From Tubulanus polymorphus (Eukaryota; Animalia; Nemertea): DNA of 64,000 nt. The stretch is taken from the NCBI RefSeq assembly GCF_964204645.1, contig NC_134029.1, positions 310,001-374,000 of the forward strand. The letters run 5' to 3'. Positions within the stretch are counted from its first letter, which is position 1. Each line of letters starts with the position of its first letter. Positions 30,214 to 43,376 of the stretch are shown here, one piece after another. The notes below the pieces were generated by a model. That model did no database searches. It was not told the origin of the DNA and was given only the letters and a program-made list of their open reading frames with translations. Position numbers and translations under genes: made by a program.

Positions 30214-33200
30214 TTAATCCTGTATTTTTAAAATGCTGTGTTTTTCTAAATCTTCCATATCTTTCAATACGTGGGCGACGTTGTATCGTAATTCATGAAA
30301 CTTCGACATCGGCACCTGCAAAAAATATATACAAAATACATGAAAAAGTGCCGGTCAACAATATATAAATAATCAGCTAAAATACATCAATACAGTGACA
30401 CAGGTGGAAGTTGTCATAGTCGGGAGGATGGTTACACTGATAACTTATCCAAATGACTACTTGAACTTAACTAAGTAAATTGAATTAGAAATACAAATTA
30501 GGACTTAAAACTTCCAGATGATGCCGGTAATATGGATGATTTATCAGGTGTTTGACTTATATTGAAAATCGAATCGGAAACAAAAATTAGAACTTCAAAA
30601 TAGAATTGACTTCAGTAATGTGACAATTTACTGAATTCGACTGCAATACATTAAAATCAACCCTAAAATCAAATTTTAAAGAATCAACTCACATTAACAA
30701 GATTAATATTTTCTAACTCGTTGAAAAATTTAAGACTTTTTAGAATTTTTCTGGCGTAAACTTTCTTGTAAACTTTTAATACGTTGATCGATTTCGAAGA
30801 CGGACATCGAAGATTCTGATTGGCTGTCGCTCCTGTACGGTTCTATCGGTTGTTTTTTTAAATGACTTGCTCCGCGGTATTTCTTCAGAGGTTTCTCGTT
30901 GAAATACTCCGGCGACAAACTCTCTAAATAAAGCACGCGATCTTCCAAACCGCGAATCCTAGCGTAAACATCTTTAGAATTTTCTGGACCGATCGGAGGA
31001 GATATTTTCAGATGTTTTTCTAAATTATCCAATCGTTCGTTGAGAGCTGTCGATGTTATACTCGTATCGCGTTTGTTCGTATTGTTACCGGTTGCCGAGA
31101 TACGAGTTTGCGGACCCCATGGATTAACGACCCGCCACACTTTAACGTGGCTGTTACCAGTAGCAGACGGATGAAAACGGGCGTCCGTACGGGCGCAATT
31201 AGTCGTCGATTCACCGCTCATTTCACGCTCGATGAACTGACCACAGAATTCACGTCTGTTTAATTCATCGACCTCTAAACGCTTGCGTTGAATGAATGAA
31301 TTAATTCGTCTGTCTATTTCCTGTTTATTCGCTTGAACTTGAACTAAATTCCTGTCTAACTGTCTATCAGAGCCACCTGGTGGTGGTAAATCCTTCAACT
31401 GTTCATTAACAGTTACATCAACTAAATTTACAGTCATTCCTCCAACAGTGTCCACATCAGCTGCTCCAGATGTGTGGCCAGTCGACCCTCCAGCAACACC
31501 AGTCAGCCCTCCAGCAACACCAGTCAGCCCTCCAGCAACACCAGTCAGCTCTCCAGAACTCTGATCAGCGATCTCTTTTTCTTCTCCAGTTAGTCCTCTC
31601 TCTGCTCCATGTGTCGTGATATCCATAAGTCCTGCAGCTGGATTGATTTGTTGCTGCTGAAATTGAGTTCAGATAGAGATAGAGATTGAGGTATTTATTC
31701 CACAGGATCCATCGATTCATCGCTCCTCACATATTCCCATGATCACCTACAAACCAAACAGTCTTAACTTCAGGGGTTTCATCGAAATTTTCCTACCTCA
31801 AAATTATGAATATTGCCGTCGCTCAAAGTCATCTCCATAGCAACTGATGGTTCTAAAACTCGGTTTAACGAACTGTAAAGGAATAAAGTTTAATTCGAGT
31901 TTAACACGAGATTAGTTGTAGTAGGATATAGTGTCGGAGTAATAACAGACCTGGTTGATATAGCGACGTCAACTCTCCAGTTTAAACTGTCTAATCTAGG
32001 TAAACGTGGACGACTATCACAAACTTTCTCATCTAAAACGGCTCTCCTTGAAACAGCAAAACAAATCTCTGAGTCAACTCTTAACTTAACCCTTTCAGTG
32101 CGGTGTATGAATCGGTGATGTATTTTGCTAGTACATCGCATTGCGGTGTATTGAATTAGTATTTAGTTTTTATCTCTATTGAAAGATGGTAGCACCTGTC
32201 AAACATAGTGAAATATTAGTAACTAACGATACACCGCGCCGCGGTGTAGACGGTATTCCCATTATTCAACACACTAGGGTGGAATTTTTCAAAATTTTCA
32301 AATTATCTCCAGCACTATAGGGTATTAATTAGTCAGCACTGAAAGGGTTAAGACAAGCTTTGTATCTAGGCGTTGTTCCCAAACAGTTTATAGGCGGGGG
32401 CACGTGTTCATCGTACGGTATTCACACTAACTTAAGACATGTTTAGAGTTAAGTATTAAATCTGGATTGATGCCATGTCTGGGCAACTGGTACTACAGTT
32501 TAATCTTGCTAAACAACTGCGGAACTGGGGTTAGTAGGATTAGGGCTAATGATACTGAGGCTATAGTTGAACTAGGTCGAATTGGTTAGGATCTAATGGA
32601 ACTAGGTCGAATGAGTCCGATAACTTTCTGATTCACTCACTTTGATCCAAAAACAGCGCTTGAAATCAATGGAATGAACTCTTCAGGAATTCTGTGAATA
32701 AAAATATAAGTTGTTCAAAAACTCTTGTTCTTGGTTTCAATAAAGTCAACTTAAAATGTTAAAATGGAACTTACTTTAATTCTTGTAAATCTTCATTAAA
32801 TGTTTGTTGTTTAAGTGAAGTGATTGGAATGCGTAAAGCCAGCACTAACAGTGAATATAAACCTGAATATAAAATCCTCACTAATTCCTCATTTAAACTT
32901 TCAGTTAAAACTTCATGTTGAAAATCAGTTACACCGATTTCTTTTCCTTCTAAATCAGAAACAGCAACTGAAATAAAGAATAAAATAGATTTAATTACAA
33001 CGTATTTATCAGTCAATCTAATTCAACGAACCACCAGTCCCAACCAGCCCTGGAACTGGAAGGCCGAAGAAGTACCTTCTAACTTCTTCAGATCGAAACT
33101 GACTTATACATTATACAGTGGAGAATTAGGCCCGGTTTGGCAGACAAAGGGTTATTCTCGAGTAGGAATATGACATGCCAGGGCCCCACACAGTCAGTCA

Positions 33201-33428
33201 GGGGGGTGTATTTTAGGGACCTGTCAAAAGCTAGTGCCTGGTATTTTTTATTACATCTGTTACACAGTAATTTTACTCACTTTGCAATAGTTTTATAAAT
33301 GTCGGTTTTTTCACCGTTTTTAAACATTTCACCATTGATTTAATTTCAGTCGGGATTCTGGATCCTGTAAACAATGTGCGGTCGCTGATTGATTTACCGC
33401 CAGATCCTGTCACTTGTATTATCGACAT
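30214..33428 (-). CDS. COMMD5: COMM domain-containing protein 5 (221 aa)
   Basis: Exons 33428-33281, 32967-32775, 32691-32641, 32046-31951, 31872-31797 and 30315-30214 splice in frame. COMM domain LNWRVDVAISTSSLNRVLEPSVAMEMTLSDG..FEVPMSKFHELRYNVAHVLKDMEDLEK. Confidence 0.93.
30730..31626 (-). CDS. MBIP: MAP3K12-binding inhibitory protein (ATAC complex subunit), intronless, inside the last COMMD5 intron
   Basis: VQVQANKQEIDRRINSFIQRK, CARTDA, SHVKVWRVVNPWGPQTR, ERLDNLEKHL and RIRGLEDRVLYLESLSPEYF match conserved MBIP blocks. Confidence 0.92.
   Translation of the reverse strand: MDITTHGAERGLTGEEKEIADQSSGELTGVAGGLTGVAGGLTGVAGGSTGHTSGAADVDTVGGMTVNLVDVTVNEQLKDLPPPGGSDRQLDRNLVQVQANKQEIDRRINSFIQRKRLEVDELNRREFCGQFIEREMSGESTTNCARTDARFHPSATGNSHVKVWRVVNPWGPQTRISATGNNTNKRDTSITSTALNERLDNLEKHLKISPPIGPENSKDVYARIRGLEDRVLYLESLSPEYFNEKPLKKYRGASHLKKQPIEPYRSDSQSESSMSVFEIDQRIKSLQESLRQKNSKKS
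32090..32347. mobile_element. piggyBac-type MITE, second copy
   Basis: TTAA target-site duplication, CCCTTTCAGTGC TIRs, interior similar to 25547-25805. Confidence 0.88.
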
Positions 33429-33551
33429 GGTTTTTGAGGAGCAGCTAACAGAAACTACACCCTACTCAAAATCGGTACAGCTACACCTCAACAACTGCCT
33501 CACTTGCCGCAGTAACTGGTAGTCTGAGAATATCCGTATAAATCGAACAAA

Positions 33552-34112
33552 ATGAACCAACAAGGAATTCAAACGCGATCTATGTAAGTTCAATATTTAA
33601 ACAATATATATGTTCGATTTTTCCTTGGTCTAGGTCTATAATTCTGGCCTTATTTAACCCGTGATTCAGATATTAATCGAAGCCCATTGTCTCCTCGATT
33701 GCCACTACATAATTTAGAGGGCGCCACTAGCCGGCACTGAATTAAAATGTCTCGGGTTTTCTATTTTTTATAGGGATCAAAATGATGACGGAGGTGGAAG
33801 AGTTGCTAAAACGATTTTCACATTCAGTATGCTCGTATTAGTTGTACCTATAGCCGTATTTTTCTTATCTAAGTCATTTGTATTTGAAGGTAAGTGGTAG
33901 TCGTCTCTTTATCGTCCGGTCTCCTATGAATCAAGCCAGAAATCTGATGTTTGTATTACTGTTTTTTCTTTTCAGGAATGTTGAGTTATGACAGTAAAAC
34001 TAGCTACTACTACTCGGCTATAGTAGCAGTAGTTACTGTACAGATATTACTGGGAATGTTTGTATATGTCGCGTACAGTGAAGGAGATTCTAAACCAACA
34101 AAACAGGATTAG
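33552..34112 (+). CDS. VMA21: V-ATPase assembly factor VMA21 (absent from the ORF track)
   Basis: Exons 33552-33583, 33774-33889 and about 33976-34112. Two TM segments (TIFTFSMLVLVVPIAVFFLSKSFVFEG; YSAIVAVVTVQILLGMFVYVAY) and a C-terminal KQD as in animal VMA21. Confidence 0.88.
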
Positions 34113-34519
34113 ATTCCCTACATTCCACGTGCAACTGGCTTTAAACTACAATTTTTAATATCTGCAGTTTTATATTCAGTCTCTGAGAATTTGTAAATAA
34201 ATGAAAGCAATGAATATAAATTAATCAATTCACTTAAAAATGTATATACATGTCATAAATGTAAATAAATTAAATACATGTAGATTGTTGACAATTTCTT
34301 TTAATCTGCCGACATTCACAGATAAGAAGATGAGGATTGAAGATATGGGACTATGTTTATGGCCAAAAATTAGGAGAAAGGAGTCGTCAAAAGACCAAAC
34401 AAAATATCAGGAGACATTAAATTACAGTTTTATTTTTTAATAAATATGAACAATTATTATAAATGTAAGCCCTCTATTTGTATCTGCAGAGAAGTAAATT
34501 AATGAATATCGCGGATTAT

Positions 34520-35975
34520 TTAACTGTTGTTTGACGCCTCGTGAAAGAATCCTGGGAACCAAAATTGTCTTCCTTCTTTATCCTGATCATCGACCCACGA
34601 CAATCCTTCAGATACCATGTAATCCTGTGATGAAATATACAACAAAAATGGAATATTATTCCTCCTAGAGTTGCTTGCGCGAGGATATAGGGGGCGCAGG
34701 GGGGGAGGGAGTACTCACTAATGTGCGATGAGCTCTTTCATGTTCCCAATCAAGTTTCTCTTTCACTGTTGCTACGGAAACACGACCAGTTTCCTAAAAA
34801 AGAAAATTTTATATAATGAAATCAAACATAAATGGCTTGACCAAAATACCGGGACTGATTGAAAATTCAATGATTTCACTGAGTGAATGTTGAACTCGGT
34901 GGTGCCGACTGACCTGTGCTAGTTGTAAAACTTGTGTATGATCCATGCTGAGTTCACCCGGTACTGATTGTACAAACACTTTTGGTCCGATCGGTAAAAT
35001 TGTAAAGCCATTTCCGAGCACTTTCAGTTTACTGACAGCACGGGTTATATCATCGCTGAAATATACAAACACTAGTGGGAGGAGTCTAGAGAGATAGGGG
35101 CAGGGTTTACGAGACATTTGATTGACACGTACGAACTGATCTCCTGAGCTTTTTTGCCTCTAGATTTCATCAGAGTCATTTTAAGGTCATCGATATCCAT
35201 TAAACCTAGAAAATAGAATATCACGAATTAGAATTAATTACTTATTTACAGAGATGTATCTGTTAAAAGTGTACAAACCTCCGTGTCTGTGACTTGTAGC
35301 TAAACATACTTCAATTACTTGAACTCCTAATTCGTAATAGAAATCACCAACTCCCAACATTTCGGCCCAGAAACCTTTACCAGCTGAAAATAAATATAAT
35401 TCATTTCACTGAACTCTTCAGTAAAATTCAAACAGAATTGGTTTAAACTGAAATGTGTGTATGTCTTACAAGCTAATGGGTCGACCCCTATTGATGCACA
35501 CATCTCCTGAAATTGAACCCTAAAATCGGCATCTTTACGAATATCTTGTTTATGTTTGCTCGCAAATTCTTCAAGATTCTCTCGAAATGCATCCAGTTGT
35601 TTTGACATCTGAAAAAAGGAATTTAAGAAAGTTCCTGCTAGTTCACTCCTAAAAGAAAGGCCAGGTGTATTGGCTCAGTCTCAGACTAAAGTTGTGAGGC
35701 TTAATCAGAAAAAATTCTTATTTACCTGATTGACTTGATCTGCTGCTATTTCACTGCCTTTATCTTTAAATTTAGCCTGAAAATATCAATGCGAATTTTT
35801 GGGCTAAAAATTGAAAAAATTAAATTCCTAAAATTGCATTTTATAGTTCGACTCGAGTTCAGTTCGTTCCCCTCAACACGGCACGACTGTAGACACTTCA
35901 CTATGTATATTCTATACTCACCTGTGCTAAATGCTTATTTTTCACAGCACCAAGTCCAACACCTCGCCTGCGCAT
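34520..35975 (-). CDS. SNF8: ESCRT-II subunit VPS22
   Basis: [10 protein letters not shown] start, [40 protein letters not shown] and WVDDQ..FWFPG. About 8 exons. Confidence 0.95.
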
Positions 35976-36684
35976 TTTGATTTTTGAACGACACCCTAAA
36001 AAATAAAAATTTTACATGGGCGCAGCCATCTTGAAAATTGCTCCACACGAGCGCTCAATTTAAATTCGAAACTTTATTGCTCACAAGTTGTTCCTAGTGC
36101 GTATCTATCATCAGCTTGTACTACATGTACTGAATATGCGAACTTATTCAGATGAAATAGTCGATGTTTTAAAATTGGACTAGGTATAAGTGCGGAATGT
36201 GTGATTAATTTGGTCACTTTCTGCTGAATTTCTCTATATCACATGACGTTTAGAACTAAACACGGAAGTGAATCAATTTTTGTTGCAAAACTCTCAAAAT
36301 TGAACCACAAAAACAACTTGACAAGGAACAAAACTTCACTCTAACTAAAAAGGTCTGTAATATGATTATATACGAGTTGATAGAATCACTGTAGATTCGT
36401 CAAGAATGAAGAAATTCAGTCTGAAATGTCGAAAATTTACTCGCACTCACTTGCCACAGTAGGAATGAAGTGTCATTGTCTGAAATATAAATAACATCGA
36501 TTGTTTTTATTTTCAACCAATGAGTCAATGTTTGTGAATTGGTAGAAGTAGGTCTATTATCCAGGAATTCTGAAACTACTCGCGAGACTAAAAGAAAGAC
36601 TAAAAGAGACTAAAAAAAGTGAATTCAACTTTCAGATCCGTACTTGTTCTGTCTCGTCCCTGTGGGCAGCAAGATTTGGTGAAA

Positions 36685-38485
36685 ATGCCGATATTGTTTG
36701 GAGTAATCGCTCGAGGGCCGACTGTTTTAGCGAAGTACGCGAGTTGTGCTGGTAATTTTACGGAGGTCACTGAACAGATTTTAGCAAAGATTTCTCCGGA
36801 AAATGCAAAGTTAACGTATTCACACGGCAGGTAAAACTCATTTGTTAGAGCCTCACAATCTCACAACGATAGCAGCGGACATTTTCTCAAAATTTGTTTC
36901 AAGTTCACCCAAATAGCCCACTGATATCAGAGATAATCACAATAAAAACTGCATTACTCTGTCTCTATATTATCTATGTGAACTGAAGCTTATGGATTCC
37001 CTGATACCAGTGTTTAGAGCAAGATTCTTACAGGGGATTCTGCTCGTTGCATAGAAGGGAAAAGTTGGGTTAAATAATTGTAACTCTATTTGATTGTTTT
37101 CAGTTATCTGTTTCATTATATCAGTGAAGAGAGGATTATCTATCTATGCATATCAGACGATGTAAGCATTTCAACCCATCAAAATATTCTCAACATCTCA
37201 ACAACTTGATAATTTCAATAAAATCTCTGTTTTCTAGGATTTTGAACGCTCAAGGGCTTTCTTATTCTTAAATGACATCAAAAGAAGGTTGGTCAAAACT
37301 TTTGAAATCCTGAACAAGTTTGAATGGAGACCAGTATTAGTTATAAATAAGTATATATTTAGATTTCAGAGTCAGTTTGGAAGTCGAAGTCAAACAGCTC
37401 TTCCGTATGCGATGAATAGTGAATTCTCTCGAGTTTTAGCTTCACAAATGGTAAGTGAGAGACTCGAGGGTCACAAGAGGAAGTCAGGAATCTGATAAGG
37501 GAGTCAGGAATCAAATTAGGGAGTCGGGGATCTGATAAGGGAGTCAAGGATCAAATTAGGGAGTCAGGAATCTGATAAGGGAGTCAGGGATCAGATAAGG
37601 GAGTCGGGGGTTGAATGAGGGTTAAACTGGTATCGTGGGCTTGTGTTCATCTGGTAAAACAAATTTCTTTTTCAGAAACATTTTTCAGAAAACAGAAATG
37701 TAGATCAAATCAGTAAAGTTCAAGGTGAAGTGGACGAATTGAAGGGAATTATGGTGAAAAATATTGGTAAATAATGAAATATTTGAGAATCTTTGAAAGA
37801 TTCATAATTTGAGAATCTCAGATATATCGACCTGTTTATTGTAGATAATATCGCAAACCGAGGAGAGAAATTAGAATTGTTGGTCGATAAAACTGAGGAT
37901 TTATCTGCAAATGTAAGTAATTACATAACCGCTGTCTCATCCTACTGTCTATTCCTACTGTCTCATCCTACTGTCTCATCCTACTGTCTATTCAACTGTC
38001 TATTCCTACTGTCTCATCCTACTGTCTCATCCTACTGTCTCATCCTACTGTCTATTCAACTGTCTATTCCTACTGTCTATTCAACTGTCTATTCCTACTG
38101 TCTCATCCTACTGTCTCATCCTACTGTCTATTGAACTGTCTATTGAACTGTCTATTCCTACTGTCTATTCAACTGTCTATTCAACTGTCTTCTCTACTGT
38201 CTATTACCACTAAAGTTCTGAATATCCACTTGTTTTTATAGTCCGTTACATTCCGGAGAACCAGTCGTAATCTTGCTCGTTCGATGTGGTGGAAAAACGT
38301 TAAAATTACAATCATTATCGCCGTTGTGGTTATTGTGAGTATTCAACTGTAAAATTACATTTGTTACATCATCTTATTCAATATTTCACAAATTTTATGA
38401 CAGAAATGATTTCTATTTTTAGGTGATTTTATATTTCATTATTTCTGCGTCTTGCGGGGGATTAAATTGGCCGAATTGTGTGTGA
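36685..38485 (+). CDS. VAMP7: Vesicle-associated membrane protein 7 (longin R-SNARE)
   Basis: MPILFGVIARGPTVLAKYASCAGNFTEVTEQIL, TALPYAMNSEFSRVL, SNARE motif RGEKLELLVDKTEDL, a TM segment and CGGLNWPNCV*. Confidence 0.96.
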
Positions 38486-39417
38486 GATAAGACGCTCATC
38501 AGACGTGTTGAGGTGTATTTGTGACGCTTTGCTTATAGAGCGCCACCTGCTGGAGACTTGTCTCATTAGCAGAAAAACCCACAAACGAAATCAAAAGCTA
38601 CAAAAACATTGAGACTCGCCGAGTTGAAACGTCAGATATTTTGATTATGTTTTTCTGTTAATTAAGACACAGTGAGACTAAAACCAATACTAATAGTTTG
38701 AACCCTTTAAACATACAATCTGTTACACTGTATTTTATATGCATCACACTGAAAAGCTTTATAAATCTTGTAATACAGTTTAAATACATCGTATATTCGT
38801 GCAAATAGTTTAATTCATTGAGACAATCAATGATTATCATTACTTCATGTTTATGTTTGAGAAGTTTATTAAATTATTTGATAATTCTCGAGGGTCTGGA
38901 ATCAAATCTCTTTAAATAATTGTAAAATATTCTCAGATCTGGTGCTGATGAAAATTCATATGAAATGTGATAAAATGGAGAAATTCTGTTTTGATAATTT
39001 GTCTCCTCTTTGCATTAATCAAACTGTTTTGACAATAATTCAATATATTTCATCCATTAGTTCAGTTTGAATTTAAACTATCCTCAAATTGTCTTCATTA
39101 TTATTGTGTAAATAATGTAAACGTATTCGAATATTTTATGTATAATTTTGTAAATAAAACATGATAATATAAATCAATGATTGAAAAAGTTGATCTTAAT
39201 CTTAAGGTGACGTTCTAAGTTGACCGCAGCCTAAGAGGCACGTTGACTGGTTACCAAGCTCTGCAACCAGTCCATCAACACGGAAGATAGAAACTGGTAA
39301 CCAGTAGGGGTTGTGAATTCTGCTGGTCCTCGGGGGAAACGTATTCTACCCAATTCTATTGCTATAAAAAACTACAAGAAAAAATTTTTGATTCGATACA
39401 ACATTTAATCTTGTCTA

Positions 39418-42400
39418 TCACCGTTTTTTATAAAGACACGGAAGTAATGAAATATTGGGAGGCGTTTTGTTGATTCTACTTTTGGTTTTACCGGAAATTT
39501 CTGTTTTCTTGAATTCCAAAATTACAAACATTTTATTTGAAGTGTCCTAAAAAAAGTTGAGACAAAAATATATGAGAATCAAGGGAGAGGAGCAAGGTGG
39601 GGAGAGAAGCAAGGAGGGGACGGATAAGGGGAGCTAGGAGAGGAGGATGAGGGGAGGGATGAGGGGAGCAAGGGAGGCAGCAAGGAGGGGAGGGATGAGG
39701 GGAGCAAGGGAGGCAGCAAGGAGGGGAGGGATGAGTGAGAGGTTGATGAGGGTCAAACTCATTAATATAAAACTTTACCTGTGAAACAGTTGTGAATCCT
39801 AAACTTTCAACATTTATACAGAATTTGTGGACATTTTCAAATCTACTGATGACTTCAGCAATTCTCATAGAACCACTGAAAAATGATAATGTGATAAAAT
39901 CCATGAATATTGAACGATGAGAGGGACGATGAATGAGAGGGAGATATTTACCCAGGTTTAAGAACGCGACGAGCTTCAATCAGAAAATCGGCCAAATTTG
40001 TTCCCATCAACGATAAACAAAATATCACTACATCGACAGTTTCATCGTCTAGAGGAACCTGAATAATTAATCAGCCATTTACACAACATAGTCAACTGAA
40101 CAGGATGAACTGAATACTGAATGATCTGAACAGGATGAACTGAATACTGAGTGATCTGAACAGGATGAACTGAATACTGAATGATCTGAACAGGATGAAC
40201 TGAATACTGAATGATCTGAACAGGATGAACTGAATACTGAGTGATCTGAACAGGATGAACTGAATACTGAATGATCTGAACAGGATGAACTGAATACTGA
40301 ATGATCTGAACAGGATGAACTGAATACTGAATGATCTGAACAGGATGAACTGAATACTGAATGATCTGAACAGGATGAACTGAATACTGAATGAACTGAA
40401 CAGGATGAACTGAATACTGAATGATCTGAACAGGATGAACTGATACTGAGTGATCTGAACAGGATGAACTGATACTGAATGATCTGAACAGGATGAACTG
40501 AATACTGAATGATCTGAACAGGATGAACTGAATACTGAGTGATCTGAACAGGATGAACTGAATACTGAGTGATCTGAACAGGATGAACTGAATACTGAAT
40601 GATCTGAACAGGATGAACTGAATACTGAGTGATCTGAACAGGATGAACTGAATACTGAATGATCTGAACAGGATGAACTGAATACTGAATGATCTGAACA
40701 GGATGAACTGAATACTGAATGATCTGAACAGGATGAACTGAATACTGAATGATCTGAACAGGATGAACTGAATACTGAATGAACTGAACAGGATGAACTG
40801 AATACTGAATGATCTGAACAGGATGAACTGAATACTGAATGATCTGAACAGGATGAACTGAATACTGAATGATCTGAACAGGATGAACTGAATACTGAAT
40901 GAACTGAACAGGATGAACTGAATACTGAATGATCTGAACAGGATGAACTGAATACTGGATGAACTGAATACTGAATGAGCTACTGTAACAACTGCTACTG
41001 TAACCGAGAAAATACTAAAATACCTTTGACATATCACAAGGTGTAATGTGTTCATTGACTTTAACGAGATCAAATGAATGAACAGTGTTTTTGACTGATT
41101 GAGCGATTTGAGCTTCACCGCATCCGAAATCACCGATCACAAAACTAGACGGTCTGAAAATCATAAAAAACATCGATTAAAATCTAACGCTACCACTGGA
41201 CACAAACAGAGTGAAAATAATGATCCAGTTCCACAGTTCATGGTTCAAATTCGAGTCAAACTTACCCAGAAACTTATGAAACAAATACGATTAAAATACT
41301 CACTTTGATTTGATATATTTAATCATGTCGTCCTGTGGATTTTTTGGCCATTTTTCCACCTGTGTTTGATATCCTGTATGATAAACTTCGAACGATTGTG
41401 GATCATTTTTAAACATTTCGAACGCCTCACTTCCTGTGCACGTATATAACTGTTCATTTAAATAACGGAACCTGTAATTCATCAGAGAAATTATCATTAA
41501 TTCACACATGAAAAAACTTTATACCTAAATAAACTCCGCCCATTTCTCCCACCTGGCTGTCTGTAATCTGTCAATCATTCTCTCTCTCAACGGTAAAACT
41601 TTCTTCCCTCGTTTACCGGCTGTTACAGGAATATCATCTTCACTTTCATCTAAACCACTATCCTCCTCATTATCATCACTTTCTATAGGTTCAGGCTGTT
41701 TCACGAGTTTCAGAATTTTCTTTACCTGAGCTTGGTTTGTTTGCTGTTTTTTACTGTCTTCAGTTGAATCTTTAGCCTTTTTATCTTTTTGTTTTTCTTT
41801 CTTCTTTAAATCTTTCTTTGTAATTGAGACAGTTGTCGTTTTAGAAATATCACCCGTTTTAGAGTGAGTCTCCTGTTTTAGTTTTGATAGATTCTGGTTT
41901 TTAGGTTGGTTCTGTTTTGTTTTATTCTGTGTTATTTCATTCTGTTTTGGTAGATCTTGTTTAGCTTGGTCCTGTTTTGGTTGATCTTGTTTCCTATTTT
42001 TCTCTGAAATCTCTTCAACTGATTTAGTATTATTTTTTCTTTTCTTTGCTTTCTTTATAACGCCACCACCACTCTCCCCTGCTGCTACTGCTGCTGCTGC
42101 TGCTGCTGCTGTGTCTTGCTGCTTGTTTTTAGTTATGTTTATTTTCAGAGAAGGTACTATCTGACTAGGAAGCTCTCCGTGTAAAATCTTCTCACATTTC
42201 TCTTCTCTCGTTAAACCCGCTAAATGACTGTATTTATTTCTAGATCGAGTTTTCTTCTTTTTCTTTGTCTTCTTATCTTCCACAGAAACATCTTCCAACT
42301 CGGGTGATTTTGATTCTGTTTCTTGATTACGTTTCTTCTTTACTTTCCCTCGTACAGGTACAGTTTTCTCCTCATGATCAACTTTATCAACTTTTATTTT

Positions 42401-42741
42401 CAGTTTTTTAGAAGTTTTTTTGTTGGGAGAATCTTCATGTTTATGTTTCCTGTTTGTCTTTGAACCTTCCTGCGGCGTATTATCGACATTGTCATTGATG
42501 ATAAGTTTCTTGTTTGTTGGTTTCGGGAGTTTAGTTTCTTTAATTGCGCATTCATGGATCTTTGATGCCTTTTTCATTAATTTTTTGTCCGCCTTCTGAA
42601 AATACAAATAAATAGTATATGAAGAAGGAATCAGGAAACCACACACAACACAAGATAAGATAGTAGAGACTGTTAGTGTTAGTGTTGAATTTGTATTATT
42701 TTTTGTTTTTGTTTATCACGCACCTGTCGACTGTCAGTGTC

Positions 42742-42772
<31 letters not shown>

Positions 42773-42846
42773 GAATTACCAAATAAACTACTATTTAACT
42801 GATCTCCAACTGAACTAGAATTCCACGATGATTCAACCGCAAACAT
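39418..42846 (-). CDS. RRP8: Ribosomal RNA-processing protein 8 (nucleomethylin)
   Basis: Lys-rich N-terminus, [41 protein letters not shown] and PCLYKKR*. Confidence 0.95.
40075..40975. repeat. Intronic 30-bp minisatellite, about 29 copies
   Basis: Unit ctgaacaggatgaactgaatactgaatgat. Confidence 0.97.
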
Positions 42847-42877
42847 TCTGTCTCAATACTCAATTTAACGCGTGATC

Positions 42878-42992
42878 ATGGGCGCTGACATGTTTACGGT
42901 GCATTCTGGGCAAATAATGGGCGCTGACATGTTTACGGTGCATTCTGGGCAAATAATGGGCGCTGACATGTTTACGGTGCATTCTGGGTAAT
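42878..42992. promoter_or_regulatory. Triplicated 39-bp unit with ZNF143/Staf-like sites in the RRP8-ILK bidirectional promoter
   Basis: Three copies of atgggcgctgacatgtttacggtgcattctgggYaa. The reverse complement CCCAGAATGCA matches the Staf/ZNF143 core. Confidence 0.55.
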
Positions 42993-43376
42993 TACTCATC
43001 CTCTGAAACTTGGATGAAATTGCCTCAATTCAACAGGTAAATAACTGATTTAATGAAGTTTAGACGCGTTTAAAAGTGAGTTGATATCGTAAAGAATCGT
43101 TCAGTGTTTTATAAATATCGTTTTGATTTTTGAAATCTCTGTAATTTTAAACAACGATCACAGCTGTCAAAATATCAATCCAATCAAATTCAATTTTATT
43201 CCGACTATTTTTAGTACACAATCTCTTATTTCTACCTCTTGTTATAATTTCTATAGGTTGAATTCTAAAAGTTTCGGTGAGCCATTCTAGATTCTAAAGT
43301 GGTTTATAATTGGACAGATTTTCGATTTTTGCGTCTGTCTTGCTAATTAGCCAACGTTAGGAGAGAAGGAGGAAGA

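Noticed and set aside
40042-41133. 363-aa ORF with [10 protein letters not shown] repeats
   Set aside because: Translation of the 30-bp minisatellite inside an RRP8 intron.
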